Source of the DNA: Thermoplasmata archaeon | GTDB lineage: Archaea > Thermoplasmatota > Thermoplasmata > Lutacidiplasmatales > UBA184 | DNA length: 64,000 nt | Reading direction: 5' to 3' | Assembly (NCBI GenBank): GCA_049591535.1 | Contig: JBAWFC010000076.1 | Coordinates: 44,929-108,928 of the forward strand | Shown: one piece after another, positions 57,903-64,000 of the stretch | Numbering within the stretch: position 1 is the stretch's first letter | Layout: each line of letters starts with the position of its first letter | Notes under the pieces: generated by a model | Told to the model about the DNA's origin: nothing | Databases searched by the model: none | What the model saw: only the letters and a program-made list of their open reading frames with translations | Made by a program: the position numbers and the translations under genes

Positions 57903-58134
57903 CCGGCCGCGTTCCTTGGGTCGCGGTGGGGCTCGCGCACCTACCCAAGCTTGCGGTCTCGGTCGGCTTCGAGGTCGGCATCGTATCCTTCCTCCACCCT
58001 TCGGTATTTTACTCCTCCGAAACCGACCACGTCGTTGTCAGTGGAGACTTCGTGTCGGACCTCCATCGGTGAATCGCATCATGCGAAACGACCTCTCTAA
58101 CGGAAAATCAACGGCCCGCTGAGGGTCGGGAGCC

Positions 58135-58683
58135 CTACTGGACCAACTTTCGCAATTGTTCGTAGAGGGGGAGGACGTTTTCGTACTTCGCGTCCAAACG
58201 GATGTATTCCCAGTCAAGACGGTCCTTGTACCGGTTCGCGATGAGGGCCGCTTCCTGGAACAATTTGGTCGAACGCTCCGCACCGGCGCGCATCAGACGC
58301 CGGGTGATGAGATCCTCCGGCGGTCCGAGGCTAACACTGCCGTAGGGAGTCTGGAAGGTCTGAGTCGCGAGGTCGGACTTGAGGTGGGCACCGACGAGGT
58401 CAACGAGGCCGAGAGGCTTCTTCGCCCAATAGGTCCGGCTGGACCGTCCCTCCTGCTGCTTGAACCCCCACTTTCGGAGGACAGAGGCGAGTCGGTCCCG
58501 CTCTCCGACCACGTCGATGTCGTGAGAGACATACTCGCCACTTGTGTAAACCTCGATGGCGGAACCACCGACAATGATCACCTCAACCCCCGACTCTTTG
58601 GTTAGAAGGGCGCCAAACCAGGCTACGCGCTGGTCCGGAGATTCGGCCTTGCGCATGACGGCGTCGAACTCACGTCTATCCAT
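58135..58683 (-). CDS. Nucleotidyltransferase-fold protein, AbiEii-like (pol-beta superfamily)
   Basis: IIVGGSAIEVYTSGEYVSHDIDVV matches the hGG[ST]A...S.D[IL]D signature. 182 aa. Confidence 0.6.
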   Translation of the reverse strand: MDRREFDAVMRKAESPDQRVAWFGALLTKESGVEVIIVGGSAIEVYTSGEYVSHDIDVVGERDRLASVLRKWGFKQQEGRSSRTYWAKKPLGLVDLVGAHLKSDLATQTFQTPYGSVSLGPPEDLITRRLMRAGAERSTKLFQEAALIANRYKDRLDWEYIRLDAKYENVLPLYEQLRKLVQ

Positions 58684-59125
58684 GAGTGACGCTGGGCTTC
58701 ATCCCGTTTCGGACGAGAAGGGCGTCCTTCTCCCTCCGCCGGCTCACATCGTATCGAATGGCCTTCGGGTCAATCTGACTCCAGTCCGGCGGAGGGAGCT
58801 TCCTCAGCTTCGATAGAAAGCGGCGGTCCTCGGCGTCTCGCTTGGGCTTTCCTCGGAACCAATCTCCGGTATCGACGATGCGGACACGCTTCCGGAGAAG
58901 AGCAGCCACATCCTTATCGACGATACGCCAGCCCTGTGCGGAGTGAATGGCGAGGTTTGACTCTGCCAGTCGGTTGAGTTCCGGATAGGCTTTGGAAATG
59001 GAGACTTCTCCGGTTTTGGCAACTCGGTAGCCGGTCAGCGGATGTTGAGCGTTCGCTAACACCGCCAGAAGGCGGAGGCGAGTTTCACTCCCGCAGAAAG
59101 CGGAGAGAGAGGCGTCAACTTCCAT
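58676..59125 (-). CDS. Winged-helix transcriptional regulator, AbiEi-like partner
   Basis: GSETRLRLLAVLANAQHPLTGYRVAKTGEVSISKAYPELNRLAE wHTH. 8-nt overlap with the downstream NTase gene. Confidence 0.6.
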   Translation of the reverse strand: MEVDASLSAFCGSETRLRLLAVLANAQHPLTGYRVAKTGEVSISKAYPELNRLAESNLAIHSAQGWRIVDKDVAALLRKRVRIVDTGDWFRGKPKRDAEDRRFLSKLRKLPPPDWSQIDPKAIRYDVSRRREKDALLVRNGMKPSVTHG

Positions 59126-59204
59126 GTTTAGAAGAAGAAGCTTGGTCCATATAACTACCCCCCTAATGGGGGAATAGTCTTACAGGAAAGAGTAGGGCTC
59201 AGTC

Positions 59205-60515
59205 TCAGTTCGGACTCGGTGTCTCCGGGGCGCTCACAGCGAAGCGGTCCCCGACCTTTTGTCCGACCATCCACCCTTCTTCGAGCAACCCCGGAATCTC
59301 GGCTTCACTCGCCAGACGCTGGGACGCGCGAGAAGAAACATGGGGGGAGGGTTGCTGGGACCGGAGCGCTTGGTTTTCCTTCGTGACCTCAGCGAGCTGC
59401 TGCTCCAAGACAGCGAGCCGGTCCTCGACCGTAGTCCCCTTCTCGGCCCACATTGTACGCTCCTTCTCGATGACCCGGCTGAGCGCGCTCGTCGGCGTGG
59501 TCGAGAGATAGGGCTCGACCTTGACATACTGCTCCCGCATGAGCCGGAGGAGATCGGGGCTGCTACGGAATCCCGGCCGAGTCGCATACCGCTGGGACAT
59601 CGTTCCCTGATGTCCCATGAGGAACGCCCTGACGTCGGCATCGACTCCGACCTCCATCTGGGCTGTATACCAACGGGTGGCCCATGTGGTCCGAAGCACG
59701 TAGGGGCGGTCTTTCAACCCGGCCCGACGGAGTGCGGCCCGGACGAGATCACCGATGTTGGTCGCACAGATATGGTTCAACTTCGCCCGGTCGGGCGTGA
59801 GGAGCGCGCTCTCCGGTCGGAGTTTCTCACCCTTCTTCCAGTCCGCTCCCGGGTTCATCCGACTGTTCAAGTAGGCTGTCACATAGTCACAGCCCTCCTC
59901 GGATAGGAGTGTCACGTACTCCTGCCCCGCTTTGTTGAGCGAGCCGCGGACGACGACAAAAGCTGGCGTCTGCTTGAACGACGCGACTCCGTCCTTGATT
60001 AGGAGATCGGGAAAGTCCTTCACGCACAGACCGTCGCTGCCGTCGAAGTTTCCGAGAACTCCGGGTCGAACTCCCGAGAACGCCATCAAAGCGATGGCCA
60101 CCCGCTCACGAATGTTTGCCTGCTGAATCACCTGATGGAGTTGCTCCTTCGACAGAGCGCTCTCCTCGTGCCGGTCACCCGCCCCCGGAACCCGGAAAAG
60201 TCCGCGAGGCACTTCGATGCCACAATGACGTAGCCACGACTGGACGACCTTCCCAGCAAACGCGATGGACGACGGCTTCAGCCGAGAGTTCTTCTTACGG
60301 AACGCCCGCCACACGTCCTCGAGCGCTTCGAGTTGGCCAAGGTCATTCCGCTGGCGTGCGACCCGGACCAGGTCGAGTGGCTTGACATTCATCTCAATGC
60401 AGAAGGCCACGAGGCGGCGTGGCCAGATCGAGTGGCTCGAAATTGACCGCCCACCACCGAGTTTCTCCGACCACTTTTCCAACTGATCCCGTGCGGACGC
60501 TTCCATGGCGTCCAT
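59205..60515 (-). CDS. int: Tyrosine-type site-specific integrase/recombinase
   Basis: C-terminal catalytic box RPYVLRTTWATRWYT...FLMGHQGTMSQRY (R, H-x-x-R, Y). Located next to the tRNA 3' end. Confidence 0.85.
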   Translation of the reverse strand: MDAMEASARDQLEKWSEKLGGGRSISSHSIWPRRLVAFCIEMNVKPLDLVRVARQRNDLGQLEALEDVWRAFRKKNSRLKPSSIAFAGKVVQSWLRHCGIEVPRGLFRVPGAGDRHEESALSKEQLHQVIQQANIRERVAIALMAFSGVRPGVLGNFDGSDGLCVKDFPDLLIKDGVASFKQTPAFVVVRGSLNKAGQEYVTLLSEEGCDYVTAYLNSRMNPGADWKKGEKLRPESALLTPDRAKLNHICATNIGDLVRAALRRAGLKDRPYVLRTTWATRWYTAQMEVGVDADVRAFLMGHQGTMSQRYATRPGFRSSPDLLRLMREQYVKVEPYLSTTPTSALSRVIEKERTMWAEKGTTVEDRLAVLEQQLAEVTKENQALRSQQPSPHVSSRASQRLASEAEIPGLLEEGWMVGQKVGDRFAVSAPETPSPN

Positions 60516-60614
60516 CCTTGCTCTCCGGGCTCGACTGACCTGTGGCAGCTTCGGCTCCGCTGAACGTCATGGGAAACCGACGATATAATGACTCCACTTC
60601 ACTGTCTGCAACAT

Positions 60615-60687
60615 TAGCCCCGAGCGGATTCGAACCGCTGTCGCCGGCTCCAAAGGCCAGCATGCTTGGCCACTACACCACGGGGCT
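60615..60687 (-). tRNA. tRNA-Gln(UUG)
   Basis: 73-nt cloverleaf read from the sequence. Acceptor AGCCCCG/CGGGGCU (A1-U72) with discriminator A. Anticodon loop CUUUGGA. T-arm AGCGG-TTCGAAT-CCGCT. Confidence 0.9.
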
Positions 60688-60762
60688 GGTGCTGCTACCG
60701 ATGCGCGATACTAAAGGCTGAACTCGGGGGCGACCCAACCGAGCCACATCGGACGAACCGCT

Positions 60763-62001
60763 TCACGTCGGGCGTTCCGGCCGGCGCCCCTCGTGGGCCC
60801 CGACCGGGGTGGCCCCGCTCCGGGAACCGCTTACTCCGAGGAGCAACGGGAGCGTCACGAGACTGACGGCACCGGCAAACAACCACGCATCCGTGTATCC
60901 CGCGCTGACGGCGATAAAACCGAATGCGATGGCGATCCCGCTTCCCGCAAAGATCTGGATCCCGTTGATGAGGGCCAGCGCGAGCGAGAGGTTCTCGCCG
61001 CCGACCTCCGGCAGGTAGGACGGGATGAGATACAGGACCGCGAAGACGACCCCGGCCGCAAACCCGAGGAAGACGAAGAGCACGATCAGCCCGGCGAGGG
61101 GGAGGAACGGCACGAGAAGTATCGCGACGGCGCTCGGTACGCCGAACAGCAGCACGGCGCGGCGCATGTCCCGCAGCCGTTCCCCGAACCAGCCGCCCAC
61201 CGGGCCGCCCACGACCTCCATGAGGATCGTCACCGTGGGCAGGCTGGCCGCGAGCGCAAGGCTCCATCCGGGATGGGCGCTGGATGCGAACTCGACGAAG
61301 TACTGGGCGACGATGTAGAACCCGGCCCAGAGTCCGGTGACGGCGATGCCGAGCGCCCAGATCGGGCGGGACCGGAGCACCGGCGCCGCCGCGGCCCGGA
61401 GCTCCCCGAAGGTGCGTCGCACCACCGGCGGCGTCCGGTCGGGGAGCGTTGCGGCCGCTCCGAGCGCGACGAGGAGAAGGCCGATCCCACCGATCGCGAG
61501 GGCCCACGGCCAGCCGAACGCCAGACCGATGACCGCGCCCGCGAAGAGGCCAACCGCGGCGCCGATGCTGAACGCGGCATTGTAGAGGCCGATGATCGGC
61601 CCGCGGGTCCCGGCGGGGTAGTAGGACGCCACCAGCCCGAGTGCCGGCGCGAAGAAGAGCGCGGCTCCCGCGCCGGCGCCGAACCGGAGCGCCGCCAGTA
61701 CGTACCAATCGGGCGACGCGGCCGACGCGAGGGCGAAGGTACCCATCACCGCGAGCGCGACGACGGAGACGCGGCGGTTGCCCCATCGAAGGGCTGCGAA
61801 TCCGGCCGGAAGCTGGAAGACGGCGGCTCCGAGCAGGAACGAACCGAGGACGATGCCCAGCTGGGCCGCGTCGACCCCGAGCCCCGTTCCGATGAGGGGG
61901 AGCACCGCACCGACGTTGTACCAGCTGAACGCGTAGACCGCCCGCGCGATCAGGAGCGTGACCGCGGCGTTGCGGCGGGTCCGGGCGTCGATCTCCGTCA
62001 G
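60763..62001 (-). CDS. MFS transporter (start codon unresolved)
   Basis: Good MFS N-terminus NAAVTLLIARAVYAFSWYNVGAVLPLIG...LRWGNRR, but no in-frame ATG/GTG/TTG upstream. The nearest ATG (62004-62006) is offset by 1 nt within a G-run and overlaps the upstream MBL gene stop. Confidence 0.7.
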   Translation of the reverse strand: MTEIDARTRRNAAVTLLIARAVYAFSWYNVGAVLPLIGTGLGVDAAQLGIVLGSFLLGAAVFQLPAGFAALRWGNRRVSVVALAVMGTFALASAASPDWYVLAALRFGAGAGAALFFAPALGLVASYYPAGTRGPIIGLYNAAFSIGAAVGLFAGAVIGLAFGWPWALAIGGIGLLLVALGAAATLPDRTPPVVRRTFGELRAAAAPVLRSRPIWALGIAVTGLWAGFYIVAQYFVEFASSAHPGWSLALAASLPTVTILMEVVGGPVGGWFGERLRDMRRAVLLFGVPSAVAILLVPFLPLAGLIVLFVFLGFAAGVVFAVLYLIPSYLPEVGGENLSLALALINGIQIFAGSGIAIAFGFIAVSAGYTDAWLFAGAVSLVTLPLLLGVSGSRSGATPVGAHEGRRPERPT

Positions 62002-62951
62002 CCCATCCCCTTGGCGAGGAGGCCGTGGGTCTCGAAGTAGCGGAGGAAACCTCGCGCGGCCAGCTCGTATCCCGAAACGAGCGTCGACCGGTCGTCCGAG
62101 CTGAGGACGACCTGGTCCGTCGCCCCGCCGGAAGCGAGGTCGTGGTCGCGCAGATGCGCCGTGACGAAATCCACCGCCGGGTCCTCCCGCGCCGCAGCGA
62201 GAGCCACGTCTCTCCATTCCTCGACGACCGCGCGGTATTCCGCGAGGTCCGCCGCGCCCGCCGGACTGGGGCCGAAGTGGCTGTAGAGGACCAGGGCGGG
62301 ATCCAGTTGGCGCATCGCCTCGACGCTCGCGAACAGCTGGTCGAGGTCCAGGTCGGGCGGGGGGACGGCCGGACGGGCACGGGAACTCCGCTCGAGACGG
62401 ATCCCCGCGCTATCGCCGGTGAACAGTCCCCGGAGGGTCGAGTCGAAGAACGAGAGGTGGTGCTTCGCGTGGCCCGGCGTCGCGAGCACGCAAAGCTCCC
62501 CGTCCTTCAGGGGGAACCGTTCGCCTCCCCGGAGCGCAACGATGCGCGGAGTGGGTACAGGGACGATCGGGCCCCACAAAGGGTCGGACGCCGCGCCCCA
62601 GGCCCGGCGCGCGCTCGCGACGAGCTTCGTGGGGTCGAGTAGGTGCGGCACGCCCAGTTCGTGCGCATAGAACGTGGCACGCGGAAGGGCTTCGGCCAAT
62701 GCCCCGACGCCGCCGGCATGGTCGAGATGGATATGCGTGACGAACACGTGGCGGATCTCGGGGGGGGCGACGCCCGCGCGCGAGATCCCCGCGAGCAACG
62801 CCTCCCGGCAGGAGGAGGGACCCGTCTCCACCAGGGTCCAGCCGTCTTCCTCGGGCAGGAGGTACGCCGCAACGAGTCCCTCGGTGTCCCGAAAATCGAT
62901 GTCCACGAGCTGCCGACCCCTTCCGATCTCCAGAACCCGCGGCGTTGGCAT
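61998..62951 (-). CDS. MBL-fold metallo-hydrolase
   Basis: ATG at 62951. HxHxDH motif VTHIHLDHAGG. Confidence 0.75.
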   Translation of the reverse strand: MPTPRVLEIGRGRQLVDIDFRDTEGLVAAYLLPEEDGWTLVETGPSSCREALLAGISRAGVAPPEIRHVFVTHIHLDHAGGVGALAEALPRATFYAHELGVPHLLDPTKLVASARRAWGAASDPLWGPIVPVPTPRIVALRGGERFPLKDGELCVLATPGHAKHHLSFFDSTLRGLFTGDSAGIRLERSSRARPAVPPPDLDLDQLFASVEAMRQLDPALVLYSHFGPSPAGAADLAEYRAVVEEWRDVALAAAREDPAVDFVTAHLRDHDLASGGATDQVVLSSDDRSTLVSGYELAARGFLRYFETHGLLAKGMG

Positions 62952-62962
62952 CGACCCTCCCT

Positions 62963-63670
62963 TCAGGCGTGTAGCACCGGCGTCCCGTAATAGAATAGGG
63001 CGAGTCCACAGAGGACCGTGAGGGCTCCCGTCGCCACGATCGCGACCGCCCAGCCGCCCTTCGTCCAGCGCAGCACCTTCGCTCCGTCGAGGGGCCCGGC
63101 CGGGATCAGATTGAACGTCCCGAACCAACTGTTGTAGAACGCAAGGACCAGAAACACCACGAACCACGAACTTCCGTCATACCACGCGAACACCGAGCCT
63201 GCGTAGAATGCGGCGCCGAACACGAAGTTGACCGCCGGACCGGCGAGCGCCGTTCGGCCCCACTGGTCGGGGTCCGACATTCCACCGACCACGGTGGCTC
63301 CCGGGGCGGCGAAGAGGAAGCCGAGAAACGCCGTGAAGATCGAGAACGCGAGCCCGGAGATCGACCAGCGAAACTCGGCCCACGAGCCGGCCCGCTGCGC
63401 CGTGACCTTGTGCGCAAGCTCGTGCGCCAAGAACGCGGTGAGGGCCGTCAGCGCGGCGACGAGGACGAGCTCGAGCAGAGAGAAGCCGTACGCCGCCTGC
63501 CCGCTCCCCAGGAGGCCGGAGCCGCTGAAGATGAGGACGAAATCGAGCGTGAGCACCACGAACGCCCCTCCGATCTGGAAGAGCTCCTTGCGAGAGGTCG
63601 TGACTTTCCTCGCTACCGGGACGGTCGTCGACCACGAGTAGGTGGTCGGATACGACAGGCCGCCGGTCAT
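62963..63670 (-). CDS. Peptidase M50 (site-2 protease-like) membrane metalloprotease
   Basis: HELAH in a TM helix plus the NLIPAGPLDG motif. 6 TM. Confidence 0.7.
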   Translation of the reverse strand: MTGGLSYPTTYSWSTTVPVARKVTTSRKELFQIGGAFVVLTLDFVLIFSGSGLLGSGQAAYGFSLLELVLVAALTALTAFLAHELAHKVTAQRAGSWAEFRWSISGLAFSIFTAFLGFLFAAPGATVVGGMSDPDQWGRTALAGPAVNFVFGAAFYAGSVFAWYDGSSWFVVFLVLAFYNSWFGTFNLIPAGPLDGAKVLRWTKGGWAVAIVATGALTVLCGLALFYYGTPVLHA

Positions 63671-64000
63671 GCGGTCGCCCTCGAGGCGCTTCGGAGCAGC
63701 GGTTCTACGGGGATCGGGGCGTCCCAGGACGTTCCGTTCAACAGGTGCCGGATGAGGTCGACCCCGTCCGCCAGACGGGGCCCCGGACGGGAGAAGTACG
63801 CTTCGTCCGCGACGTAGATTCCATGAGAGGCGGGGACGCGCGCGATCGCCGTGCTCAGCGGGGCTCTCTCGAGCTCTCGTCGGCTCCGCTCGACCGAGAA
63901 GCTGCAGGGGCTCAGGACGACGAGGTCCGGCCGTGCCTCCGCGACCGCTTCCCAGGACGTGCGCACCCCGGGCTTGCCCCGACGCGTTCCGACGATCGCG
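63667..64000 (-). CDS. Periplasmic-binding-protein-like (TroA/BtuF-type) ABC substrate-binding protein, 3' part only. The gene continues beyond the window end.
   Basis: C-terminal region PDLVVLSPCSF...YFSRPGPRLADGVDLIRHLL is typical of class III substrate-binding proteins. Confidence 0.5.
   Translation of the reverse strand, partial: AIVGTRRGKPGVRTSWEAVAEARPDLVVLSPCSFSVERSRRELERAPLSTAIARVPASHGIYVADEAYFSRPGPRLADGVDLIRHLLNGTSWDAPIPVEPLLRSASRATA

Larger units (their letters stand above)
57250..60687. mobile_element. Putative small integrated element adjacent to tRNA-Gln
   Basis: Carries a tyrosine integrase, an AbiE-like pair and an RHH cassette. GC content is visibly lower than the flanking DNA from about 57.9 kb to 60.6 kb. 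The tRNA sits at the right boundary. The left boundary and the att repeat were not identified. Confidence 0.45.

Overview
This 64 kb window is a high-GC, gene-dense archaeal chromosomal segment. It encodes a thermosome subunit, TFB, aIF5B/IF-2, a NOG1-family GTPase, a beta-CASP RNase, TruD and a Y-family polymerase. Roughly 60 protein genes sit on both strands with frequent 4-nt stop/start overlaps.

Most of the window is core metabolism and housekeeping:
- glycine cleavage P-protein subunits, PFK, aminotransferases, NAD kinase, GalT, an HDAC-family enzyme and a UPP synthase
- several MFS and ABC transporters
- an APC-family permease

Features that stand out:
- A short TIR-like domain gene at the 5' edge (377-847).
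- A 1144-aa cell-surface protein built from two blocks of seven YVTN beta-propeller repeats, four Ig-like domains and a C-terminal membrane anchor.
- Many N-glycosylation sequons on surface and membrane proteins, with a cis-prenyltransferase nearby.
- A tRNA-Asp(GUC) candidate whose T-arm can only be completed by removing a 33-nt insert right after the T-loop (a non-canonical intron position). A 42-nt almost pure (CG)n palindrome lies just upstream of its promoter side.
- A B12-binding radical SAM enzyme with an upstream small Cys-containing acidic ORF and a divergent HTH-CBS regulator.
- A tandem pair of KaiC/RecA-superfamily ATPases, the first with a degenerate Walker A.
- A small lower-GC integrated element (about 57.25-60.69 kb) inserted next to tRNA-Gln(UUG). 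It carries a tyrosine integrase, an AbiEi/AbiEii-like wHTH plus nucleotidyltransferase pair, and a three-gene RHH-led cassette.

In this high-GC background several long antisense ORFs in the six-frame track are artefacts and were rejected. No rRNA or CRISPR array is present.
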